Below the pieces are notes generated by a model, which had not been told where the DNA came from, ran no database searches, and was given only the letters and a program-made list of their open reading frames with translations. From Rhizaria sp. SCN 62-66 (Eukaryota): 64,000 bases of DNA. Both the position numbers and the translations under genes were made by a program. Below, in pieces: positions 28,481-40,500 of the stretch. How positions within the stretch are numbered: position 1 is the stretch's first letter; each line of letters begins with the position of its first letter. The stretch lies in NCBI GenBank assembly GCA_001724265.1, contig MEDY01000019.1:62001-126000 (forward strand), written 5' to 3'.

Positions 28481-29942
28481 ATGGGAAAAGGATGCGGTGG
28501 AGGCGGTCTTAAAATTCTTCGCCATAAAAGCTGGCATGTTGTACGTTTTATCTCTGCATTATATTCTTGCTTCATTATTTTACACTCCTGATTCACAACC
28601 TCGCTCATCACTCCCGACTCCCCTGTATCCTTATGCGCCTCTATAGTGGAATCCCGACAATCAAGCTCGTGTGCGCCGCGACATTGACGCGCACAACGCG
28701 CGGACCCGCTCTTTGCACGCCGCCACAGCGGGTGCCCGGTCTGCCCGGCTCATCGCTAGGCTCCGCGCTCGCAAGGATGCCTTCGCGCCCTACCTCGTCA
28801 CCAACACGGCTCTCGTGGACCACGACAGCGGCGCGCCGGCCGGACATTCGGTGACAATTTCGGGCGAGGTCTACGGCGATGGCGCGGCGGACGAGGGCGA
28901 GACAAGCGACGAGGATGACGACGCTCAGCACGGTGGAGCCAGCGGCAGCCACAACACGAGCAGAAACAACAGCAACGAAAGCAACACACAACAGCAACCT
29001 CTAAGTCTACCCCTTTTCACATTCGACTTTGGCCCATCCGCTCTTCGAACTCAGCCGCAGTCGCAGGCGCCGCCGCCGCGCGCTCGCAACGTGTCCCGCT
29101 GGGGGGACCTGGCCCATAGCCACAGCCAACTCCTCGCGGTCGCCGCTGCGGCTCCTGGCGCTGCCGCAGTTGCGGCTGAGACGGCGCCACTGAAGGCGAA
29201 GACAGTGGCAGGAGCGCAGAGTGTGGGCAGCATGACTGCGAGCAGCAGCTTGAGCCACGACCAGGCTCGCGAGAACGACAGTGCAGCGCTCAAGAAGGCG
29301 AAGAAGGAGGATGCCCAGACTCAGGACGCCAAGACTAAGACCCGGACCAAGAGCGACCGTGAGCGCAAGGGTGACAGGCGTCGCGGTGCTGATAACACGC
29401 ATAGCAGTGATGATGAGGACAGCGGCAGCGGCAGCGGCAGCGGCGGTGACAGTGACAGCGACGGTGACAACCGTAGCCGCAGCCGTCGTAACCGCAACAG
29501 CCGCCACACAGACCGCGACCGCGGCCGTGATCGCAGTCATCGCGACCGCGATTATGACCGTGAGCGTGAGCGTGAGCGCAGTAAAAGCAGGACTAAAGAC
29601 CGACGCAGGCGCAGGCGCAGTCGCCACCGAAGCGCCGACGACGACAGCTGTGTCGTGCTGAGCGGAGACGACAGCGATGTTGTAGCTGTCGCGGTCGGAA
29701 ACCGCAGGCAACCGCTGCCGCCGCTGCTGCGCACGATTGCGCGCGAGGAGGCAGCAGCTGCTGCAGCAGCAGCATCCGCTTCAGAAGCCGCAGTTGCAGC
29801 AGCAGGGGCACCGACAGCGGCAGCTGTCGCCATATGCTCTGGCTCCAGTTCACGCTCAGCTAAAACAAACAAGAGTCACACGCGCAACAAGGCAACGACT
29901 TCTACTGATGTTGTTGAGCTGCTGTCGAGTGATTCAGACTGA
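28481..29942 (+). CDS. Cir_N-domain (CBF1-interacting corepressor N-terminal / LENG1-like) protein with RS/RD-rich region, 2 exons
   Basis: Exon 28481-28540 spliced (intron 28541-28646, GTACGT..TAG) to 28647 gives MGKGCGGGGLKILRHKSWHV|WNPDNQARVRRD, the Cir_N signature; Arg/Ser/Asp-rich C-half; ends TGA; 451 aa. Confidence 0.8.
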
Positions 29943-30767
29943 TGCGTGACTGGATAGTGCTGTTATCGGTCATTTTGCACACTTGATGTGATAGATGGTT
30001 CCACCCTTGAGCGACGTTGGCGGGATATATCCAGTGATACTTTACTTAGAATTTCATTTATTTAAACATACGATTTCAACTGCATTTTTTACGTGGGGTA
30101 TATAGTTTATTGTTTTCATATTTTTATGTACAGTATAACATATTCAAAACAAAAAACACAGCTGAGTAAAGCAACAACTTTAAGGGCTTCAAAGACTATT
30201 CCGGTTGTGAGTCGATTGACAAAACATGCTGTGATTAAATTAATGCTATTAACGACTAGATAACTTATTTATTTAAGTTCAAGTTAATTAAGCTCAATAT
30301 ACTGTTCTTACACTCTAAACAACGATTACGTCTGCTTTTCACTTCAAGACGTTTTGAAATTAAATTTGATGGTGTCGAAGTGTATTCGTGATTTAGTCCG
30401 AGCGGTCAACCCATATTAGAGCCATAAAAACGCACATATCATGTGGCCCTAGCTTACAATATTGAAAAAACACGATTCATGTCAACATAACTCTAAACTC
30501 AGCATAGAAAAAATCACAAAACAATACAGAGTGCAGTTAATTTTCACTTATTAATCGCCAATGCTTTACGGGATTTGTCACGGGTCATTTGTTGGCTCTC
30601 ATCAAGCTGATGAAATCACAGCTAAGATTTCACGTTTAGTCGATTCTTGTTTGGTTTAGAGTTTGTTTAGTTTCGGTGCTTGGCGTGGCTTTCAACTATT
30701 CGATTGTACAAGCAAGTACGAGTACATTATACGTCGATATGCACGATTAACAGTCGCACTTGCTTGT

Positions 30768-32764
30768 TCAAGCGCGCGCCGCCGCCTTGGCCGCCGCCGC
30801 CGCCGTGGCCGCCGCAACTTTCTTGCCGAGCAGCTCCAGCACCTGGACCTGGGCCTTGAGGTCGAGCCGCGCGGCCATATCGACGACGCTCTCGACGGTG
30901 GCGTTGGCAGCGACACAGGCTGCGTCGGCGCCGCTGAGCGAGACGAAGGACCAGTAGTAGACGTAGACGAAGAGCCCCATAAGGAGCTGGCAGTCCATGC
31001 GGTCCGTGAGCCCGCCGTGACCCGGGATGAGGTCGCCAAAGTCCTTGATCTTGAACGCGCGCTTGAAGCCCGAAGCGAAGAAGCCGCCGAAGGGCGCGAT
31101 GACGGACGCAAAGACGGCCATGACGAGCCCGTGGAGCTGCGCGGGCGCGTAGCCAAAGGAGACAGGCCCGACGAGGGCGCCGAGCGCGGCGGGCAGCGTC
31201 ACGGTGACGGTCTCAGTCGTGAACACGGGGTCGAGCGCGCAGGCGGGGTGCGTGAAGGACAGCGTCGAGACGGAGCAGGTCAGGATGGGGAACCACGTCA
31301 TGACGCGCGCGACAAAGAAGCCCGTGAGGCAAGTGCACACGAGCGCGCCCAGAAAACCCTCCCACGTCTTGCGCGGCGACAGCGCGATGAGCGGGGTGCG
31401 GCCGCACAGCATGCCCCACACGTAGGCCCACGAGTCGTTGGAGATGATGAGCAGCACCGGCAGCGCGAACCAGAAGAGGCCCGTGAACATATTGTAGAGC
31501 AGGAAGGTCGACTGGAGCACAATCACGGCCAGCGTGATGAGCACCCACGCGAACATGCCGAACTGGCGGCGGTACAGACCCTGGTAAAGTTACAAAATTG
31601 TTTCACAAAATTGTTTCACATGTACAGACAGTGAGTTTGAAGTAGAATAAATGCTGATAGAAGCAGGTTTAGGGGGGCATATCCATTATTTTCATCTCCA
31701 TTATATCTTAAATTGAGAACACATTGTGCACATCTGCTTGAAATATATCGTGTTTTGTGATTATGGGGGAATAGCGTACCTGCTTGAGGGCGAGGACGAA
31801 GCCGACGAAGCCGATGATGAGGAGGCAGAACGAGGCGAAGAGGTGGTAAGGCACCTCGATGCCGAAAATAGTGTTGGCAATGCGGCCATAGGTGAGGAAA
31901 ATCGTTGCGAAGAACCAGTACCAGTTCTGGGTGCGGAACAGGGAGATGTGCACCTTTTCCTAAGTTGCCACATGAGCATAGAAGTGAAACAATAAATGTG
32001 AGTAGAGCAAGGTTAAGAAGCGATCCATAACTGAACAGGTAGGACATACATAGAAACACGTGTAATGAGGCCGTTCATGCTTGATACGAGTTGCTCTGCA
32101 TAAGTTTAGCATGATTCGATGATTATGAAGGAAAGGCGATTGCGCTAATACACGCGAGACGGACCTGGTCGGTGAGCAGGTGACTGTAGGCGAGGTTGAC
32201 GACCTCACGGTACATCATAAACTGCACGAGCATAACAGTGGCGGCCACAGCGGGCTGGCCGAGGTGGATAATGAGGCAGAAGATGCCAAACATGGCGAAC
32301 GACGTCCACACGCGACGGAAGATCTTGGAGAACGTGCTCTCAGACTCCTTCGGTGCGGCCACAGCGGCGGCGGCGGCGGAGACAGAGCCGGCGAGTCTAC
32401 CGGCGAACGCGGCCGCAGCGGAGGACGAAGACGAAGACGAGGACGTCGTGGTGGTTGTCGTGGTCATCGTGGTGTAGCCGTTCTGGTGCTGGGTAGTGCT
32501 GCGCGAGGTGGTCGTCGACGAGCGCTGCTGCTGCTTGGGGGAGCCAATCACAACCTCGGGCGCGAGGTGGATCTCCTCAAACCGGCGCTCCTTGCTCTTG
32601 GCGGCGGCCACCGCGGTCGAGTTGGCGCTGCTGCGGCTGGGGGTGGCGCCGCGGCGGCGGAGGACAGGCGCGGACGACTCGGAGGCTGAGACGAGCGGGG
32701 CCGAGGCTGCGTCCGCAGTGTCGGCCGGGGATGAGGCAAGGCGGTTCGAGCGCCGCTTGGACAT
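30768..32764 (-). CDS. CDS1: Phosphatidate cytidylyltransferase (CDP-diacylglycerol synthase), 3 exons
   Basis: Exons 32764-32165, 31959-31780, 31580-30768 (530 aa). Motifs NDSWAYVWG..GRTPLIALSPRKTWEGF and APFGGFFASGFKRAFKIKDFGDLIPGHGGLTDRMDCQ; ends TGA. Confidence 0.95.
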
Positions 32765-33606
32765 GAGCACGCCTGGGTCGTGACAGATGAGACGCGTGGG
32801 GAGCGAGGAAGTCAGGAGAGTGAAGTGGGGCGGAGCGGTCCGAGACGAACAGCGAAGCGAGTATTGGTGAGGATATAGTTAGGAAAAAGACGTGATATTG
32901 AATTTTGGTACACACCCATTTGCATAAAGTATGAAAATATTGATATCACTGCTTGGTGATACATGGTTATGCGTAGACACGAGCTTTAATGCAGCTCATG
33001 CAACTGCGCGGGCGTCGGAGAGAAAATGGAGTTACGCGGGAGCTGTTGTAGGCGTAATAGCGCAAGCGCGTGTCGCAGAATTTGACCCCCATATACCTAG
33101 CACTGAGTAAAATCCGCACAAACTCCGCCATAAACGTTAACGTTCGCAAATGCACGCAAAACACAAATATCTTTCCCGCGCCAGTCAATCGTATTGCTAC
33201 GTAAACTCCACCGCAGTGTTCGTAAAAAATGTCGACTGACCGACCGACGGCAGTAGTCCCCCGAACCAACCACAAACGAGCAGCAAGAGACCGATCGAGT
33301 CCCGAACCGGGGCGACGGGCACATCGTGATCGCGATATGTGGGGCAATCGTCCGTCCAGTGGCTCAAATCTTGCGCAGCAGCATATACCCGACACAATTT
33401 TATTTGATTTTGTTTTAATTGCACTTGCGTGAGATGTCTATCCGTGAATGCACACTCGAGTTTGAACCCATGCACATGTCCTCTATCGTCGCCACCGTCG
33501 CCCTTTCTTTTCGTCACGCTCAGCGAACCTCGCCAAACACCACCACTTGCATGATCACGCTCACATTATCCTCCCATCCGTTTTATCGCATGATTTCATG
33601 TTCAGG

Positions 33607-35445
33607 ATGGACCAGCCCTCGGTTCGCACGCGCAAGGGGGGCTCCAGCTCCTCATCCTCCTCCTCAGACGCTGCTGTTGCTGCCCCAGTCGCCGCGGCCG
33701 CTGTTGCCGCTGCCTCTGACCCCAGCGCCGCGCCGTCCGCGAAGGCGCCCCGCCCGGGCTCCACTGCGTTCCACTGCCAGCGCGCGGGCGAGAACATGCA
33801 CTGGCGCGAGCAGCCGTCGCCGCTGTCGATGGGCGCCGAGAAGCAGGACTACCGCGGCTTCCTCAACCTGCTCGTCATCGTCGTCGTCGTCATGAACGCG
33901 CGCCTCGTCATCGAGAACATGATGAAGTACGGGCTGCTGATCTCCTTCTCCGGCCCCAGCGTGCTCCCCTGGGAGACCTCCAAGGCCTGTCTGCTGACAC
34001 TCGTCGCCATCTTCGTCACCGGCCCCGCAATCGCGTACGGCATCGAGGCCGCCGCCACGCCCTCCGTCGACAGCAACATCGCCAACAAAGATAACGGCAA
34101 GAAGTCTGCTGCTGGCGCAAGTGCTGCGAAGCCAGCGCTGTCTGCGTCTGCTGCTTTTGCGCTGCATGTCGTCAACGTCATGGCCCACTTCTTCTTTCCC
34201 CTGGGCCTGATCTGGCTCTCGGCGTCCTCGCTAGCGTCCCGCTACATCCTCGCCTTCATGACCATCCTGCTCACCATGAAGCTAATCTCCTTCGCGCACG
34301 TGTCCTCTGACATCCGCGCTGACGGGGCCCGCGTCGCTGTCTTCAACTCAGGCATGGTGTGCGCGTTCGACCCCCAGAACCCACCTAACGTCGCCAAGCT
34401 GGGCGCGCGCGTGCGGCCCGCCTTCGCCACCTACGCTAAGCACGAAAGCAGCAGCAGCAGCGGCAGCAGCAACGCCGAGAGCAGTGCCGCAGCGGCCCTC
34501 GCCGACTGCGCTAGCCCGGCGTCCGCGCCCACCTACGCCAGCGGAGCTTTGCCTCTCTCATCTTCTTCCGGCTCTGCTGCCGCTGCCGCCGCTGCTGCTG
34601 CCGCTGACGCTGCTGACGGCGGGGCCAGCGACGCGGCGACCCTGGCGGCGTCCCTGGGGCTGATCGACACGGTCCCGGAGCCCGCGGCCGTGCCCGACGT
34701 GCTCACCTACGAAGTCAAGCCGTACCGGCCCTCGCTGAGCCACCTGTACTACTACCTGGCGGCGCCGACTCTCGTGTTCCAGGTCTGGTACCCGCGGTCC
34801 GCGCGCGTCCGCAAGAGCTTTGTCTTCCGCCGCCTCGCCGAGCTGGTCTTCACGTCGTGCATAATCGTCTTCGTGGTCGAGCAATACGTGAAGCCGACGC
34901 TGCTCAACTCGCTGGTGTACTTCGACAACGGCGACGTGCCGGCCATCGTCGAGCGCGTGCTCAAGATGTGCATCCCTAACACGATCGTGTGGCTGCTCAT
35001 CTTCTACGCGCTCTTCCACTCCTACCTCAACCTCGTCGCCGAGCTCATGCGCTTCGGGGACCGCGTCTTCTACCGCGACTGGTGGAACTCGGGCGACCTG
35101 GGGGTCTACTGGCGTCTCTGGAACCGGCCCGTGCACGATTGGCTTGTTAAGCACGTCTACTACGTCGCCATTCGCGGCGGGTACTCGCCCCGGATCGGCC
35201 AGCTCGTCGTCTTCTTCCTCTCGGCGCTGCTGCACGAGGTGATCGTCTCCGTCCCCTGCCAGATCGTGTCGATCCAGGTCTTCATGGCGATGCTCGTGCA
35301 GGTGCCCGTGATTGCGGTCACCCAGTGGGTGCACCGCCGCTCGCAGAACCCCGTCTTCGGCAACGTCACCTTCTGGTGCGCGCTCTGCATCTTCGGACAG
35401 CCGCTGCTCATCCTCATCTACGGCTACCAGTACCTCCGCGCTTGA
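33607..35445 (+). CDS. DGAT1: Diacylglycerol O-acyltransferase 1 (MBOAT family)
   Basis: SPLS...YRGFLNL...NARLVIENMMKYG, MKLISFAH, YYLAAPTLVFQ..YPR, AELMRFGDRVFYRDWWN, WNRPVHDW, FFLSALLHE (catalytic His); ends TGA. Confidence 0.93.
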   Translation: MDQPSVRTRKGGSSSSSSSSDAAVAAPVAAAAVAAASDPSAAPSAKAPRPGSTAFHCQRAGENMHWREQPSPLSMGAEKQDYRGFLNLLVIVVVVMNARLVIENMMKYGLLISFSGPSVLPWETSKACLLTLVAIFVTGPAIAYGIEAAATPSVDSNIANKDNGKKSAAGASAAKPALSASAAFALHVVNVMAHFFFPLGLIWLSASSLASRYILAFMTILLTMKLISFAHVSSDIRADGARVAVFNSGMVCAFDPQNPPNVAKLGARVRPAFATYAKHESSSSSGSSNAESSAAAALADCASPASAPTYASGALPLSSSSGSAAAAAAAAAADAADGGASDAATLAASLGLIDTVPEPAAVPDVLTYEVKPYRPSLSHLYYYLAAPTLVFQVWYPRSARVRKSFVFRRLAELVFTSCIIVFVVEQYVKPTLLNSLVYFDNGDVPAIVERVLKMCIPNTIVWLLIFYALFHSYLNLVAELMRFGDRVFYRDWWNSGDLGVYWRLWNRPVHDWLVKHVYYVAIRGGYSPRIGQLVVFFLSALLHEVIVSVPCQIVSIQVFMAMLVQVPVIAVTQWVHRRSQNPVFGNVTFWCALCIFGQPLLILIYGYQYLRA

Positions 35446-35935
35446 GTCCGCGCTTGAGCCCGAGTGTACGCATGACTACACATGAGTTGGTACGCATGAG
35501 TGAGTGCGCGTGGGTGACTGTATGAGGGTGTGAGTGTCACTGCGACTCTAGACTGTGTCAGCGTTTGAAATGCGGAGAATTGTTTATTTTATTAAGGCCA
35601 GGTTACACAAGTATGGTATTGTGCATGTTTGTGCAAGGGTTCAACATTTCAGGGAAATACAAAATATTTAGCATTCTTTATTCACTCTTATCACCAGCCA
35701 CGTTCGTAGTCGTTTTCTGTATTTGGCCTGAGCTTGCTTAGACCTGGAATTCGTAAGTATGCGATTCTAGAAACGACATGGTGATGTGGGGGTACGACTT
35801 ATACAACATCAAGTTTCGCGCCACAGACCCGATCAGAGTAATAACGTCAGTCTCCGTTTCACTGTGTGAGATTACAGTAAACTGTAATCTTACACAGTCG
35901 CGCTCATCTCACTAGCACTCGCACATCAGCAGCGT

Positions 35936-36971
35936 TCACTGGAGCGTGGCGATGCGGATGCCCGACTGGAGCGCGTCGGTGGCGACTGTGAGCGCATTGG
36001 CGAGCTCCCCGTCGGCCTGCGCGCGCTCGGCCGCCTCCCGCTGCGACGCGCGCTTGATCTCGCTCGTCTCCTCGGTGACCAGCGCGCGCAGGCGGGCGTC
36101 GGCGCTCTCGCGGGCCGCCGACTCCGCGCTGAGCTCGCGCCGCACGTCGCCCGCGCGCTTCTCCGCCAGCGCGCGCTCGGCCGTAATCTGGGCGTGCAGC
36201 CGGTGGCCGAGGTCCTGAGCGGGGCGAAGAGAAAGGAAGAGGCAAATGAACAAAACAAGCAAAGAACAGTGAGATGAAAGAGAGGGTATTGAGAGTATAT
36301 GCGTTGATTACAAGATTAAAAAAAGATATACTGTACAAATAATATACGATCTTAGTATTTGATCCGAATATTGTTGTTATTATGCACGATGTGTGTTGAC
36401 ATACCTGGATCTTGGTGTAGACCTGCTTCTCGCGCTCGTCCCGCAGCGCCTGCTCCTGCGCGACGGCGGTGCGGCAGGCCGAGATGCTGTCCATCAGCTC
36501 CGCGCCCTTGAGGTCGACCAGCTTGGGGATGAGCTCCTTGTTGGCAAGCTGCTGCTGCTCCAGCTGCGTCACGCGCGCCGTGGTGGCTTCGAGCGTGGCG
36601 GTGAGGTCGTTGAGCCGCTTGAGCAGCGGTGCTTCCACCTCGCGCGCCCACTGGTGGATCCGGTCGTCGAGCCACGCGTGCAACGCCTGGATCGAGGCCG
36701 AGCGGTTCTTGCTCTCCAGCTCTAGCGCGTCGCGCAGCGTCGTAAGCTGCGTCTGCAGCGCGGCAAGGCGGCGCTGGTCGTCGCTCTTGCGCTCTTGGCG
36801 CGACAGGTCGAGCTCCTGGTGGAAACCGTCGAAGCGAGAGGTTAAACCGTTCAGACGCTCCGTCATCGACGCCATCGCGTACGGGCGCTGGCCCTGGGAG
36901 GACGCGGACGCGGACGCCAAAGGGTGCGAGGGCGCGGTGCGCTGGAACTGGGGCTGGGCCTGGTACGACAT
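35936..36971 (-). CDS. SF-assemblin / beta-giardin family striated-fibre coiled-coil protein, 2 exons
   Basis: Exons 36971-36405 and 36214-35936 (281 aa); short Pro/Ser-rich head then coiled coil with LELESKNR, E...RE..E periodicity and C-terminal ER..AD..LA.AL...T.ALQSGIRI typical of SF-assemblins; ends TGA. Confidence 0.8.
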
Positions 36972-37506
36972 GGGTGGGGACGGACCGACGACGCGGACAG
37001 GCAGTGTTTGCAAACGAAGGGTGTTGAGGATTCTGGTTTGAGGTACACCTAGCGCCTCGAAGGTAGTAGCTGTGCAAGTGTAAAAGAAGATAAAAGAAAA
37101 GTACAGTTAGAAATATCCGGAGAAATTCAAAACAGTGAGTTTGACGGAGACATGATCGCGCTTTGAAGTGAAACAAGTTGCCCGTTCGTTACCACTTCTC
37201 GCCTCTGCAACCTGCTCAGTCCGCCGCATTTCTCCCGATTGCTTCTGGCGCCTCGTTCGCACCGCTCGCGCCGATGATTAGAAACAGGGGGAGACTTCCG
37301 TCATTGCTTTCAGTTTTTCAATATGCTGCTTATGCGCTACTTTTCTACCGTCATGCAAAATAGTATCTTCAAAATATCCTATATCTCTCTAAGTCAGCCT
37401 CATCTTCCGTTCACCTATTTTCACTGTCTCGCCCCTTCGCAGTGCTTTCTTTCTTCGTTTGCACTTTTTTTCTTTCTGAAAGCGTTTTTTTCTACTCCCG
37501 CGCGCG

Positions 37507-40500
37507 ATGGGCTGCTCCGCCTCGATCGTGGCGCCGGTAGAGTACGTCGTCCAGCCCGACCGCAAGCCGCGCGTGGAGCTGCTATACGGCTCCGTGGCGC
37601 GGACCCCATGGAGCGACCGTCTGGTGTCCAAGTACATCCCACGCCACATCTCCTCGCGCTTTGCCTTCGAGCCGCTCGGCTCGCACTTGGTCGAGCCCGA
37701 AGTCGAGCACTTCGAGGCCGCAGTCGCCTTCATCGATGTCTCCGGCTTCACCAAGCTGTCCGAGATGCTGGTGCGGCAGCACGGTAAGGGCTTCGGCGCC
37801 GAACAGCTCAACACCCTCATCTCGGAATACTTCGACAAACTCATCGAGATCATCGAGTTCTTCGGCGGCGACGTGATCAAGTTTGCCGGCGACGCGATGC
37901 AGGTGCTGTGGCGCAACCCCTACATCCCGGGCTCTGCCGTGCGCGGGAGCCTGCTCGACACACGCTTCTGCTTCCACCCGCCGCCCGCGCGCACGCCGGT
38001 TGGCCCCACGCTCGCGCCGACGCCGCACGCGCACGCGCACCCGCACGCCCACGGCCACGGCCACGGGCAGCGCGGCAGCTCGTTCAGCGGCCACGCCGGG
38101 GGCTCCTCGGTCTACCACGCGCAGGACAGCAACGACGCTGCGCCTGGTCGTGCCAGCCTCAACAACAGCAGCAGTAACAACGCTGGCGGCGTTGTCTACG
38201 GCCCCCCGCCGCCCCCCGGCTCCTCCGGCAGCGGCAGCGGCAGCCTGAGCACCCCCACAGCCGCATCGTTGTCGCATCAGGCGGTCGGCGATGACATTCA
38301 GCACGACGCGGCGCCATTCGCACCACCATACACGCCCAGCAGCGGCGGCGGCTACGGCGGCTTCGGCCCCGGCCCGTCTCCCAGCAGCGCCGGCCTCGGC
38401 CGCGGGCCCGGGCGCGGGCGCGGGCACGTGCGGTCCGACTCGACTGCTGGCTCAGTCATCTCGGCCGTGTCTTCGACCGGCCTCCCACGGCTGCCGCTGC
38501 CCGCGCTGTCGCGCCCGGCCACTGTGCTGCCATACGGCAGCGGCGCCGCCACGCTCGCCGGCACCAGCCTCTACAGTGGCGGCGGCGTGGCAGGCCGCAA
38601 CAGCGTGGCCGACTCGGTGGCGTCCTCGGCCGCTCTGCCGCCGCTGACCATCACGCGCAAGCCTACGTGGGGGCCGGACCTCGGCGCGAGCGCTCCGCAG
38701 ACCCTCGGCGGCGGTGGCTCCTTTCCCGACTTGCACGCCCCCCCGGGCGGCGCCGCCGGGCGACTGCAGACGCAGATGCAGGGCCGGCGGAGTCTGCAGC
38801 GGCCGCGGTCTCGCGACCGCCGCTCGGGCTATGGCGGCGGCAGGAGCTACGGCAACGGGAACGCTGCGGTGGACAACGAGGAGGAGGACGAGTACGACTC
38901 GAGCTACGATCACGACGACGACGACCATAGCACACACGGCGGCGCCACCGGCAGCAGCATCAGCGGTTTCGACCACGCCGTCGCGCCCCCGACCCCATTG
39001 GCGGCCACGGCGGCTGCGGCTGCGGCGGCGGCGGCCGCGACGACCAACGCGGGCAGCATTAACAGCAACGGCAACAACAACGAAGACAGCGAGTCAGAGA
39101 TCCTCGAAGACCTGTACAACAGCAACATCAACGGAACCTTCAACAGCAACGGCTCCTTCACGAGCGCCGCCGACGGCCCCGGCGGGCCCGGCGGCGGCGG
39201 CGGCGCGCGCGGCACGTTTGCGCTGACGGCACCGGTGCAGGCGGAGCGGCCGCCGCTGCGCTGGGACTCGAGCCGCTTTAGCCTCGGCTTCACGGGCTAC
39301 TACCCGGTCCCGATTGTGACGGCGATGCTGGCCGACGACGCCTGCACCGCCGCCGCCACGGCTGCCGCGGCCGCGGACCGCAGCTCAAAGAAGATCAAGA
39401 GGAAGCTGGAGAAGGAGCGGCGGCGCCTGGAGAAGGAACACCGCCACCACCTGCATTGCCAGCACTATTACGAGGAGCGCGTGGCCGTCGACGCGGCGAC
39501 CAACGCGGGCATTCCCGTCGCTGACACCGACTGCGCCACCTTCGCGCGCAACAACGCCGCCAGCAGTGCGAACATGCGCGGCTACATCAAGCCCTCGGTG
39601 GTGTACGTGCACCCGCTGCGCTTCGACTCGGCCAAGCAGCAGGACGGCGTCGATGTGCCCACGGTCACCAAGGCCGTCGCCGCGGCGGCCAAGGCCGCTG
39701 CGGAGGCGGCGGCGGCGGCGGCGGCGGCCGCTGAGGAGGACGACAGCGACGACGACGGCGCCACGACCGACGGCGACGGCGCCGGCGACAACAACAACAA
39801 CAACAATAACGATTACACAGACAACAAAGGTGGCGCGAAGAACAACAACGGCAAGAAGGCCCGCGCCACAGTGGCCAACGCGCCCGGCGGCGGCGGTGGT
39901 GGTAACAAGTTAAGCCGCGGCCGCGCCGCGATGGCACCCGCGCCGTCGCTGGCGCCCAGCGCGTTCGAGGCGTGCGCGGAGGCTGCCGCGAGCGAGGCCG
40001 CCGACGCGCTGGTCACGGCGTGCTTCGCGAGCCACTCGGGCGGGTACGCGGGCGACGCGAACCACATGGGCCACGCCGTGACGGCCGACGGGCGCGAGTT
40101 CGGGCTGCTCTCGGACGCCGCGCTCTACCCAAGCGTGAACAACAACAACAACAACAGCAATGGCAACGGAAATAGAAACCGCTACGGCAACAACTACGGC
40201 GCCGCCCGCAATGCTGGCACAGGCGGCGGGCACGCGGACAGCGGCGGCGACGACGCGGCGGCAGGCGACGAGTCTTGGAGCAGCAGCAGCGGCGACACCG
40301 GCAGCGAGATCGAGTCAATTTCTTCTGATTCAGCCGAGAGCTTGCTGAGCGACTTCGACTTCGGCTACGCGGACCCCAACGCGGACGACGACGACATTGC
40401 CGACGACGGCGACGACTACGACCCTGACGGCGACCATGGCCGCGGCGGCGGCGCCGACGGCGACGAGGGCGGTCTCTACGCCGTAGCGCGCGCCGCCAAC

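Noticed and set aside
28644-28646. In-frame TAG upstream of ORF 28671-29942
   Set aside because: It is the acceptor of intron 28541-28646; splicing restores the Cir_N motif KSWHV|WNPDN.
29943-30767. Long AT-rich spacer as a possible ncRNA or mobile element
   Set aside because: No tRNA cloverleaf, terminal inverted repeats, target-site duplication or ORF that I can support; consistent with convergent 3' UTRs.
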